IMG/VR virus record: IMGVR_UViG_3300032330_001742
Location: 52,065 to 116,064 of that record
DNA: 64,000 bases
Source: a virus
Lineage: Duplodnaviria > Caudoviricetes
Direction: 5' to 3' (one strand)
Numbering within the stretch: position 1 is the first letter of the stretch; each line of letters begins with the position of its first letter. Below are positions 19,319-27,596 of this stretch, in pieces. Both the position numbers and the translations under genes were made by a program. Below the pieces are notes generated by a model. The model saw only the letters and a list, made by a program, of their open reading frames with translations, was not told the origin of the DNA and made no database searches.

Positions 19319-19621
19319 CCCAATACTTTACAACAGTTCTAATGGTAGTATGGATATGGCAATCACAGTCTTCTGTGGCTTGATCAAAATGTTCTAAATT
19401 ATCCTCATAAATGAGAGTAACTAATTCGTCTATAGTATAAGGTTTGTATGTTTGGGTCATACATTAATTCTACCCTAAACCTGGCAAAAATACAAGTCCA
19501 TCGTAATTAAATTTTGGTTTGACATTTTGGGAAATATATGCCGACCTTCGTAATTGATTTTGATCATGACATTTTTAGCCGACCCGCATTTTTATGCATT
19601 GGCTTGCATATTTATTTATTG

Positions 19622-19695
19622 CGATTCCGACGGGACTTGAACCCGCAACCTCTACCGTGACAGGGTAGCGATCTAACCAATTGATCTACGGAATC
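19622..19695 (-). tRNA. tRNA-Asp(GUC)
   Basis: GATTCCG/CGGAATC, CTACC-CT GTC AC-GGTAG, TTCAAGT. Confidence 0.93.
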
Positions 19696-19731
19696 GTGTG
19701 AGCAGTTTTACATCATGCTCAGGATTTTGTG

Positions 19732-20754
19732 TTATGCGATTTGCATAACGTTTTGTACAACTTTAAGCAAACGATTCTTCTCTGCGTTAATTGCAGGGTC
19801 AAATCCACTTGCAGATGCTAACATGCTTTCATTGTTACCACCACGTGCAGAGCGATACCAATCAAGGCGTTCTGTAAGTGCATTAAATGCACCCCATGCG
19901 TTACCAGCAATCATACCATTAAATTCACCTGTGTAGATGTCGTTAATTGTATCGATTTTGTTTTCCCACTTAGTTAGCGCACCCTTTGCATCTTTTTCAG
20001 GCTTTGGGTATGCAGCGAGAATGATGTCATTGAAAGACTTAGCATTTACTTCTTTTTCAAAAAGTGCTTTAGCCATAACATCGAATTCGTCCATGTAAGC
20101 ATTAGCAAGACCAAGAGTCTCACGTGCAATTTGAACTTTTCCATTTGCTGTCTGTGTGTGGCGAATCTTGAATGATTGCTTGATATTCTTATTCTTCTTG
20201 CGACCAACGCCACCAAGAGCAAGATTAAGAGTATTAGCGCAAACAACACGAACAGGTGTGATGCTTGCTTGAATTGCGATTGAGCCATCGTGTGATGTGT
20301 TGATGAGCAAATAAGTTTTTACCTTATCTGCAACACCGCTAGGGTCTAGAACTGTCTCACGCTCAAGAGCAAGAGAGCCAAATACTACACGCCCACCCTT
20401 GATTGAACCAGCAGTTTCCCAACGTCCACCACCATCGAGAATGTTATCACCAAATGAAAATAAATCTTCATTCTGCAATGGGTGATAGCGTTCACCAACG
20501 ATTCCCAAAATATCTGTCTGGGTGTTATCTGTAGGGTTAGTACGCAAAACGTACTGATACGCCTTGTCGCTTGTTAGATGTGATGGGGCTTCTAAATCTT
20601 CAAGACGAACATTCCAACCATTAAGATTTGCTGCTTCGAGCATTTCTGTGGTAGACTTTTCTTCTGTGAAGACTGTACCCAATCCATGCCATGCAGGCTC
20701 ACGAAATGATGCAAAAGATGCTACGCCATTTTGTGTTTCGAGGTCATGTGCCAT
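19732..20754 (-). CDS. DUF932 / phage-plasmid TIGR03299-like protein
   Basis: REPAWHGLG, WETAGSIKGGR, YLLINTSHDGS, TPVRVVCANTL, IRHT. Confidence 0.88.
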   Translation of the reverse strand: MAHDLETQNGVASFASFREPAWHGLGTVFTEEKSTTEMLEAANLNGWNVRLEDLEAPSHLTSDKAYQYVLRTNPTDNTQTDILGIVGERYHPLQNEDLFSFGDNILDGGGRWETAGSIKGGRVVFGSLALERETVLDPSGVADKVKTYLLINTSHDGSIAIQASITPVRVVCANTLNLALGGVGRKKNKNIKQSFKIRHTQTANGKVQIARETLGLANAYMDEFDVMAKALFEKEVNAKSFNDIILAAYPKPEKDAKGALTKWENKIDTINDIYTGEFNGMIAGNAWGAFNALTERLDWYRSARGGNNESMLASASGFDPAINAEKNRLLKVVQNVMQIA

Positions 20755-20970
20755 GAGTTTCCTTCTTTCTGTTGTTGTTAATATAAGTATACATGCGCCC
20801 ACTGACAATGTCAAATAGGCTACGTAATGATTGGGGCAATTCAGACATTTCTTAAAGGTGATCTTAAACACAGTGTGATATTGATCACATGGGGCCGACT
20901 CAAAATTTTAAGGTTTTTAGAGGGGCCAGTTTTAATTCATGGCCCAGGAATTTGTTTAGTAGTCCCCCTA

Positions 20971-21381
20971 CTAAAAATCAATTCTGTCGACTGTAGCGCT
21001 AAGCCACGTGATGTTGTCAGAATTATAAGATACAGATTCAAAATCGATATCGTTAACAATTGATTCTACATCTTCGTCATATGGCACCTGAACTGTAACG
21101 TTGTAAGTAACTGAGACCTCAACTTCAACTTCCTTGGTAAGTTCAAAGCCCATTATTTCTGCAATTTCATTTGCTTGGTTTTCTGTAATTGCATCACGTT
21201 CTAGTTCTGCTAGCGTCCAGTGTTGCATGCCCTCTACCATACGGTTACGGTCCGCTGAATCAGAATATGAACGTTGGTTTAACCGCTGAATGAATTCATC
21301 CTTAGATGTAATTGACTCCTGCAGTGCAGTGATTTGTGTTTTGAGAAACTCTTCTGTTGCATTTACTATTGTTTGGTCCAT
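20971..21381 (-). CDS. Hypothetical protein (coiled coil + acidic C-terminus)
   Basis: Start MDQTIV after GAAAG SD. Confidence 0.65.
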   Translation of the reverse strand: MDQTIVNATEEFLKTQITALQESITSKDEFIQRLNQRSYSDSADRNRMVEGMQHWTLAELERDAITENQANEIAEIMGFELTKEVEVEVSVTYNVTVQVPYDEDVESIVNDIDFESVSYNSDNITWLSATVDRIDF

Positions 21382-21624
21382 GGGGGGCCTGCTTTCTGTT
21401 AGTTTGTTTATATTAATTGTACTCGTGGCCACTGACATTTGTCAAGGACCCCTTAGGGTGAGCCTTTTTGGATCGTGCTCAGGATGTCTGCTTCTTTAGG
21501 GCTGCAGTACCCTTGCTCTATAGTATTTCTATAATCGCCCTAATCAGCCTGGCGAATAATGAGAGTTCTTACTTACGACATTGGGCGAGAACACTCTCTA
21601 AACTGCCCCTGTTTCGTTATTTAG

Positions 21625-22047
21625 TTATAGGTAACGAGCAACTGCTTGATAAGTAGAAGTCGAAACTGTTTCCTCATCTGTCATCTGCAAGATACGGATT
21701 GCGTTAGAGATTTCCTCTTTTTGCTCACGATAGTTATAGATAGAGATTGACTCAAAATCCTTTACAGGCTCTTTAGGCAATTCCTTTTCTGCAACTGTGA
21801 TGTCGAAGTCAATGTTTAACTGATTGTTCCAAGAACGATAGTTAGTGCGGAAGTTTTCTGCCTTCTTGATGTTTGCTACTGCATAATCAACAAGTTCCTT
21901 CTGCCAAGCCTTACGAGCCTTTTCATACTTAGCCTCGTTTGCTTCTTGTGATGTGTAATCAAGTTCTAACTTTGCTAGTGCGCCTTCTAGTGCCTTGATA
22001 ACCTTTGGTGTTGCCACCTTTACTGAGATTGCTTTGCTTCGTGCCAT
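21625..22047 (-). CDS. Hypothetical protein
   Basis: SD AAGGA; 140 aa. Confidence 0.7.
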   Translation of the reverse strand: MARSKAISVKVATPKVIKALEGALAKLELDYTSQEANEAKYEKARKAWQKELVDYAVANIKKAENFRTNYRSWNNQLNIDFDITVAEKELPKEPVKDFESISIYNYREQKEEISNAIRILQMTDEETVSTSTYQAVARYL

Positions 22048-22126
22048 TTGGGTCTGTTTCCTTTTCTATTAGTTGGGGGGTGAGTGAGTAGTTTAATTAT
22101 CTCATACTCAGGAGATTTTTGTCAAT

Positions 22127-22294
22127 TTACTTTGCTGTCCAAGTTGTGTAACGAGGCTTTCCATCAACATCAAGTTTTACACGAACACTCTGTCCGTTCT
22201 TGTTTGGTGTGATTTCAAGAATTGTTCCTGTTACCTTTGACTTCTGTGTTGTGAACAAGTCGCCAACCTTGTAAGTTGCTGTATTTACTGCCAT
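22127..22294 (-). CDS. Small SH3/KOW-like protein (not in ORF track)
   Basis: MAVNTATYKVGDLFTTQKSKVTGTI...; own promoter and SD. Confidence 0.65.
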   Translation of the reverse strand: MAVNTATYKVGDLFTTQKSKVTGTILEITPNKNGQSVRVKLDVDGKPRYTTWTAK

Positions 22295-22367
22295 TTGTTT
22301 ATTTCCTTTTCTGTTAGGGGTTTTTGCTTACTGTATTAGTTTAACATTTTTTGGGGAAAATGTCAAA

Positions 22368-22538
22368 TTACTTAGAGGTCTTAACCATAGCCAAACGGCG
22401 TGAGCCATTTGCCAAGACTAGGCTAACTCTGGTAACCTTGTTACTGATTGGTGAGAAACCTGCGATACGACCTGTAACGCCTGTTTTGCTTGTTGTGAAC
22501 AAGTCACCAATTTGGTATGTGTATCCTGAGATTGTCAT
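22368..22538 (-). CDS. Small SH3/KOW-like protein, paralogue of 22127-22294
   Basis: MTISGYTYQIGDLFTTSKTGVTGRI... Confidence 0.65.
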   Translation of the reverse strand: MTISGYTYQIGDLFTTSKTGVTGRIAGFSPISNKVTRVSLVLANGSRRLAMVKTSK

Positions 22539-22768
22539 AGGGGTCTTGCCTTTCTGTTTGGGTTATAGTTTAATTCTACACTAAAAATGTCAAAAATACC
22601 AATCTAAGTGGCATTTTTGGGTGTGATAAAACTCACATCTTAAACAGCGTGTCGTAACTTGACAAGATCAAGATTTTGCGCCGACCCCATTTTCGGGGAC
22701 TTATCAAGTCATTGAATTAAAAATAAATAAAATATTAAGAGTGCAAGCATTAACCAGTACATGTTAAC

Positions 22769-23515
22769 TCATTTCTTACTCGCAGAAAATACAATGTCTG
22801 CTTTAGAGTATACACACAATGAACAAAAAACGCAAGCGCTACCTGCAGTGCTAATAAGTGGAATTGCTTTTTTATTTTCAGGACACTTAGCACCAGGCTT
22901 ACCAATCATTTCTTTCATGTCTGCTTGACCTATTGCGAAATTCTTAGCAAGGTATGCAAGGCGAACACCATTTTTAATTTTAAGGTCAACACCTACTTTT
23001 ACATTTTCGCTATCAGTACTAAAATAAAGAGACAGGTTAGGAATGTCTTTTAAGATAAGTGCTGCAGACTTAACACGTGTATATACCCAGAATTGAATAT
23101 CAGGTTGTTCTTCAATAACCATACGCCATGCGTTGGTATAGTCATCGTTAAAGAAATCTCCGTCCCAGTGAATGCGAAATAGCATAGGGGCGTCTTTCTT
23201 TACACAATCAGTTTTAAACTCAGCAATCATTTCTGAAAGTAGAGTGTACATCGTCTGCAGATCTGAATCTTTAAGTAGGTCCCAGTTATGCAATAGGTTA
23301 GTTTTTACACCCTTGAATAGTTTTTCCAATTTGCCTGCATAGCAAACACTTTCGCAGACAGACGTAGCGCCAGGACATGAATAGTCTTTTCCTGCAGGTA
23401 ATCCGAACGTATTAGCAATTGCGGCTTGCTTTCCATTTTTTGTGACAAGGTTAGCCACCTTTCTATCATTAGAGCGTTTTAATTTAAGTGTAAGTGTATT
23501 AGTAGTCAAGGCCAA
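22769..23515 (-). CDS. Gp88-like Cys-cluster (radical-SAM-related) phage protein
   Basis: FGLPAG..SCPGA..VC...CYA, FRIHWDGDFF, FWVYTR, NLSLYFS.D; exact start uncertain. Confidence 0.75.
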   Translation of the reverse strand: MALTTNTLTLKLKRSNDRKVANLVTKNGKQAAIANTFGLPAGKDYSCPGATSVCESVCYAGKLEKLFKGVKTNLLHNWDLLKDSDLQTMYTLLSEMIAEFKTDCVKKDAPMLFRIHWDGDFFNDDYTNAWRMVIEEQPDIQFWVYTRVKSAALILKDIPNLSLYFSTDSENVKVGVDLKIKNGVRLAYLAKNFAIGQADMKEMIGKPGAKCPENKKAIPLISTAGSACVFCSLCVYSKADIVFSASKK

Positions 23516-23675
23516 GACTCATTTCTAGAGCAATGTCTTCATTATAGGTTGCGGACATTTCTTCTAGCAAGCAATGAGTGCACATTTCTTCTACTTCATC
23601 CACAGCATTTTCATGACATGAAGGACAGGTTGTTGCGTAGTATTCGTCATAGAATTCATCTGCGATATTTCCCAT
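23499..23675 (-). CDS. Small zinc-binding acidic protein
   Basis: SD AGGAG; CPSC...CTHC. Confidence 0.55.
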   Translation of the reverse strand: MGNIADEFYDEYYATTCPSCHENAVDEVEEMCTHCLLEEMSATYNEDIALEMSLGLDY

Positions 23676-23679
23676 GGGG

Positions 23680-23838
23680 CTATTCTCCTTTTTGTTGATA
23701 TTTATATTGTAGCATTTGTGACTGACATTTTCTACCCTTGCGAGTATATGCCTTTTTAGAGGGCACAGCGGAAGCAGCGTTAGACCTACGTAACTCCATG
23801 AGTCTACGTAATTCTTCTTCTGTTTTCTTTTGCGTCAT
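23680..23838 (-). CDS. Small basic protein
   Basis: Leaderless after TTGACA...TAGGAT; ELRRSNAA...KKAYTRK. Confidence 0.55.
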   Translation of the reverse strand: MTQKKTEEELRRLMELRRSNAASAVPSKKAYTRKGRKCQSQMLQYKYQQKGE

Positions 23839-23949
23839 ATAACTATCCTAACACATAGGGGAAAAAATGTCAACTTCTTAAATGTGATTAATCTCACATG
23901 CGACACGCCGTCGGAGTCGGCTTGCATTTTTATGCAGAGTGATGAATTT

Positions 23950-24192
23950 TTATTCTTCTATATCTTCATCATGCGGATAGTATAAATTAAATGTTGCGTA
24001 GTCATCAACTTCAATTAAATCTGATTCTTCATAGTTATCTAAATACATTATTGCATAACCATCAGATAGTGGAGTAATGCCAACTACCTGCACAATTTCT
24101 CCATTGACTGAAATAAAATCATCAACTTCTAATTGATCAACGTTGAGTGTATCTACTTTTTTGAAATCCATAGTTTTTATTCTATCACCCAT
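23950..24192 (-). CDS. Hypothetical beta-rich protein
   Basis: ORF in operon. Confidence 0.6.
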   Translation of the reverse strand: MGDRIKTMDFKKVDTLNVDQLEVDDFISVNGEIVQVVGITPLSDGYAIMYLDNYEESDLIEVDDYATFNLYYPHDEDIEE

Positions 24193-24195
24193 TTT

Positions 24196-24486
24196 TTATT
24201 CCTCATCTTCTTCTGGGTTAATAAACCAATCAAGGTGGTGCTGTTCAATAATTGCCCACGCAGGTGCTTGCTTGCTACCCTTATAAGTAATTTGAAATTC
24301 ACCAACCATTGGCATATCAATCATTCGATTAAAGTCTTCTTCATAGGCTGCATCAATAGCATCTATGCAAGGCTTCACCATTTCTGCGGGGACAGGTGGA
24401 TAGTGATTACCTTTAAGGTGATAAAGTAACTGTGTTTCTAAATCAAGGACGCTATCTGCTAATCCAATTGCTGTAACTGAACCCAT
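24196..24486 (-). CDS. Conserved phage hypothetical protein
   Basis: HL.GNHYPPVP...AIIEQHHL. Confidence 0.7.
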   Translation of the reverse strand: MGSVTAIGLADSVLDLETQLLYHLKGNHYPPVPAEMVKPCIDAIDAAYEEDFNRMIDMPMVGEFQITYKGSKQAPAWAIIEQHHLDWFINPEEDEE

Positions 24487-24487
24487 A

Positions 24488-24697
24488 TTATTTCACGCTC
24501 ACATTTCCGTTGCGGTAGAAAGTCTTAGTGTACATCTTGCCAGTAGGGTCTGACAAGTTATAGGTTGCATATTCTTTAGCGTCACCAAAGTCTACACACT
24601 TATTCCATGCAGATACCATTTCAAGCATATCTGCACTTCGTGTTGTTGATACAAGTTCTCCGTCATAGGAGATAGTTAGTGAGTAGTTATATTCCAT
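24488..24697 (-). CDS. Hypothetical protein
   Basis: Coupled ORF. Confidence 0.6.
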   Translation of the reverse strand: MEYNYSLTISYDGELVSTTRSADMLEMVSAWNKCVDFGDAKEYATYNLSDPTGKMYTKTFYRNGNVSVK

Positions 24698-24840
24698 TAG
24701 TTAGCCTCTTTCGTTGTAAATAGTGCACCCTCATTAAGTAAGCCTAATTCTAAATTAAACTTCTCATCTTCATTTGCTTGCGCTAAGTCTATCCAACCTG
24801 CGCCATCGTTGTCAATTCTAAATATTTCTACATATCCCAT
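24697..24840 (-). CDS. Small hypothetical protein
   Basis: SD GGAG; MGYVEIFRIDNDGAGWIDL. Confidence 0.55.
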   Translation of the reverse strand: MGYVEIFRIDNDGAGWIDLAQANEDEKFNLELGLLNEGALFTTKEAN

Positions 24841-24843
24841 TAT

Positions 24844-25044
24844 TTATTCTCCTGTCTTTACTGCAATAGTGCGGAATGCGTATCCACCCATAGGCTTGCG
24901 TACTTCTACAAGATAACTTTCGCAATCTTGATACCAAACTGCATGAGGGTGCTTTTCTGCGGAGATAATTTCTCCTGTTAAAGTATTTGAGTAATACTGA
25001 GTTCCTACTAATAGGGACTCGATAGAGTAGACATTTGCTGACAT
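24844..25044 (-). CDS. Hypothetical protein
   Basis: Start MSANVY after GAAGG SD. Confidence 0.6.
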   Translation of the reverse strand: MSANVYSIESLLVGTQYYSNTLTGEIISAEKHPHAVWYQDCESYLVEVRKPMGGYAFRTIAVKTGE

Positions 25045-25324
25045 AGGGGTTACCTTCTTTTCTTTTGTTGATACTAGTATCCTATCAGATAGGGCTGACA
25101 TTTCCTAAACGACACGCCGTAACGATAGAATCTTTCTTTATTTATTTTTTCTTACTATGTAAGTCTAGCCTATAATGTCAAAAATATCAACTTACTAGCG
25201 AGTATTCTTAAATAATGAGACGCTCAAACTGTGTGAGAAAAATCACATCGTACGTAAACCACGACACGCCCGAGTGCGTCGGCCCCAAAAATGAGCAGTT
25301 TTAGATCATGCTCAGGATTTTATT

Positions 25325-25477
25325 TTATTTTCGGGAATCTAATTCGTTATAGAGTTCATTTAGTTCACGACGCAAATAAAAATTATCTACCATCGCATAA
25401 CTGATAACAACAATTGAACCAATGAGTGCAATTAACACAGCCCATACAGTTCCTAAATCAAAATAGTATTTATCCAT
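25325..25477 (-). CDS. Small membrane protein
   Basis: MDKYYFDLG + TM helix. Confidence 0.5.
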   Translation of the reverse strand: MDKYYFDLGTVWAVLIALIGSIVVISYAMVDNFYLRRELNELYNELDSRK

Positions 25478-25649
25478 TTTTTTCACAAGCCTCTCTGAAT
25501 TTTTCATAGTTAAAGTTTGGATTATCTGCAAAAAACATATCTCCAAAATCAGCGACCAAATCTTCAAAAACAACTTGGTCAATTAGATTTACATAGTCGT
25601 TAAGTAAATCAGCAACAGCGATAAAAGTTTTACGAGTATAAATTGCCAT
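25470..25649 (-). CDS. Small hypothetical protein
   Basis: TRKTFIAVADLL...F.ADNPNF..EKFREAC. Confidence 0.6.
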   Translation of the reverse strand: MAIYTRKTFIAVADLLNDYVNLIDQVVFEDLVADFGDMFFADNPNFNYEKFREACEKNG

Positions 25650-25831
25650 TACTTAGCAACTCCTCTCAAAGTACCACGAACGCCAAGAGCATCGCAGGAC
25701 ATACGAACAGAAATACCAACAGGCAATTGCTGAGGGTATTGTGAAATAAATTGAGCAACTGCACCCTTAGAAGGCAAGTTGATTTTGGAAGTTGAACCTG
25801 TGAAGGTTTCTAGTGTTATAGTGTAAGTCAT
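25649..25831 (-). CDS. Small hypothetical protein, paralogue of 27347-27541
   Basis: Shared I.L.T..G.T...FI..Y...LP.G..V pattern. Confidence 0.6.
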   Translation of the reverse strand: MTYTITLETFTGSTSKINLPSKGAVAQFISQYPQQLPVGISVRMSCDALGVRGTLRGVAK

Positions 25832-25891
25832 TTATTGACTACCTTTCTTTAGTTTGTTTATTAGGATAATTGTATCAGAGGGGACTGACAT

Positions 25892-26047
25892 TTACAAGCA
25901 ATTTATGCAATTGCATTGCTTAGAGCGTAGAAGGTAAGCAAGTACCTCTTTACGAGTGTAAGTATCTAGACCATATGAGGACTTTACTCCTCCGTTATGG
26001 TACTCGTGTACGATAGTAGAGAATAATTCTTCTGTTAGTGTAGTCAT
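25892..26047 (-). CDS. Small hypothetical protein
   Basis: SD GAAAGG; ends CNCINCL. Confidence 0.55.
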   Translation of the reverse strand: MTTLTEELFSTIVHEYHNGGVKSSYGLDTYTRKEVLAYLLRSKQCNCINCL

Positions 26048-26159
26048 TTTAGACCACCTTTCTTTGTTTGTTTATATAATTATATTATAGCAGGGGGGTC
26101 TGACATTTAGGGGGGTACAAAACGGACATATGGGATAAAGGGGATTGTGATGTACGTCA

Positions 26160-26210
26160 TGTGGATAACTTAAGCGTAACTTAAGGGTGTGATGTGCATC
26201 ATGTGGATAA
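26160..26210 (-). promoter_or_regulatory. Two DnaA boxes at the divergent promoter junction
   Basis: TGTGGATAA at 26160-26168 and 26202-26210 in a 42-bp tandem duplication. Confidence 0.55.
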
Positions 26211-26262
26211 CTTGAGTCGGCTTTTTGTGGTGTAGATCACATACAATATACGGCGTGTCGAC

Positions 26263-26546
26263 TTGACTTTTTGACATTTCTGTGCTATACTTCTAGTATA
26301 AAGAAAATAAAGAAAGGAGTTCAAATGAACTCACTGTTTGAAAATAGAAATAACCTAGGCTCTGCCTTTCCTCTCACCCCTTGCGATACCTGCGGAGGTC
26401 TCACAGCATGGACACGATGTGTCATGTGCGGTGGACAATTTGACCTCCATTGTCCACAAGGTAAGAACTATGTGGGCTAAATCACATAGAAAATGTCCGA
26501 ATTGTCCGTGTCTAAACTTGACTTTTTGACATTTCTATGCTATACT
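26263..26546 (+). promoter_or_regulatory. Two near-identical sigma70-type promoters
   Basis: TTGACT-TTTTGACATTTCTRTGC-TATACT at 26263-26291 and 26518-26546. Confidence 0.75.
26325..26480 (+). CDS. Small zinc-ribbon protein
   Basis: SD AAGGAG; CDTC...CVMC. Confidence 0.5.
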   Translation: MNSLFENRNNLGSAFPLTPCDTCGGLTAWTRCVMCGGQFDLHCPQGKNYVG

Positions 26547-26659
26547 TACAGTATTAAATAATTAAATAAGAAATCCTAGTGAGCCCTACATAGTAGGCAA
26601 ATAACCTAGGTCAAGGAAAAAGATAACACAAGGTTATCGAATTAAAGAAAGGTTATCAA

Positions 26660-26875
26660 ATGATAACACTAGATAAAAATAAAATCAAGTCCGCTAAGTA
26701 CGGACATCTAACACTAGATGAGCGAATTCAAGTCGCTGCACAAATGATGGCTGATGGTCATGTCATCTCTTTCAGAGGTGCTAGTGCTGAAACCTATAAA
26801 AAGGTTCAGACTCTTGCTAATCGCATTAAGCAGGAACGAGAGTTCCCATGGTGTCCATGTGAGGAGTGCCTCTAA
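26660..26875 (+). CDS. Hypothetical protein
   Basis: SD GAAAGG; ends CPCEECL. Confidence 0.6.
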   Translation: MITLDKNKIKSAKYGHLTLDERIQVAAQMMADGHVISFRGASAETYKKVQTLANRIKQEREFPWCPCEECL

Positions 26876-27346
26876 TGAATCCTTTTACATATCTAATAGA
26901 CTTACTAGATGAGCATGACTATATGGGTCCTGTAGGTGCATTTATTGGTGTTGCTATTGCTATAGTAGTTGCGGTAGTGACACGCTAATGAACCTCTACC
27001 TATGCCCCTCATGTAACACCCTTGCTATTGTCACCTATGACGGATATACTATTAACATTAACCCATGCACATGTATTAAGGAGAATAAATAAATGAAATG
27101 TATCGTTACTGATTGCGAATCAACAAGCCTAGTCTACTCAGGCACAGACGCCTTTATGTTAGGTGTACCTACAGAGAAGGTATGCTATGCACACGCTAAC
27201 ATCTATGCACAGGTAAGCGCATTAGCGCATGCTTAGTGAATTAGATAGGCGTAGGGCACACCTCGCAAGCGGGGGAACAATAGAAAACTATGATAGAACA
27301 CACTATCCACAATGGTATAAAGACAAATTAGAAAAGAGTATAACAA

Positions 27347-27541
27347 ATGATCAAAGTAAAACTAACATCAACATCAGGAACTACAAAGGAGATGACATTT
27401 GATAGCAAAGAAAATGTGCTTAAATTTATTGAAGAATATCGTGCCATCCTTCCGATTGGAACTGCAGTTTGCATTGACGCACCAATCATTGGAATCCACA
27501 ACGGATGGTTACAAGGTAAAAAAACACTAATGGGTGTGTAG
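27347..27541 (+). CDS. Small hypothetical protein
   Basis: Paralogue of 25649-25831. Confidence 0.6.
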   Translation: MIKVKLTSTSGTTKEMTFDSKENVLKFIEEYRAILPIGTAVCIDAPIIGIHNGWLQGKKTLMGV

Positions 27542-27560
27542 TATTAAACTCTAAGCGGTG

Positions 27561-27596
27561 GGTAGTGGGTGCTATTATGTGCTCACTATCTTTTTG
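27561..27596 (+). terminator. Intrinsic terminator ending the rightward early unit
   Basis: GGTAGTGGG...CTCACTATC stem followed by TTTTT. Confidence 0.65.

Larger units (their letters stand above)
19699..25318 (-). repeat. Five dispersed copies of a 27-32 nt H-type pseudoknot motif (19699-19725, 20923-20952, 21459-21485, 22085-22116, 25292-25318)
   Basis: Consensus ATC-CTGAGCA-T-GAT-n-AAAC-TGCTCA with compensatory changes in both stems. Confidence 0.75.
20786..26105 (-). promoter_or_regulatory. Six promoters TGTCAG-N10-TAnnnT (20786-20807, 21416-21437, 23706-23727, 25079-25100, 25869-25890, 26084-26105)
   Basis: Identical spacing in all six; each precedes an A-rich leader and SD; matches the RecA-NDp/PafBC consensus. 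Confidence 0.75.
20874..26486. promoter_or_regulatory. CRP/GlxR-type palindromes TGTGA-N6-TCACA
   Basis: Perfect at 20874, 22622, 23883, 25232; one mismatch at 26226, 26471; partial at 26146, 26188. Confidence 0.7.

Noticed and set aside
19699-19725. Hammerhead or theta ribozyme beside tRNA-Asp
   Set aside because: No CUGANGA/GAAA core or HDV-like nested double pseudoknot, and it lies 5' of the tRNA
21520-21615. SAH or ZTP riboswitch suggested by CGCCAGGCT
   Set aside because: Required partner strands could not be matched convincingly; kept as unassigned structured RNA
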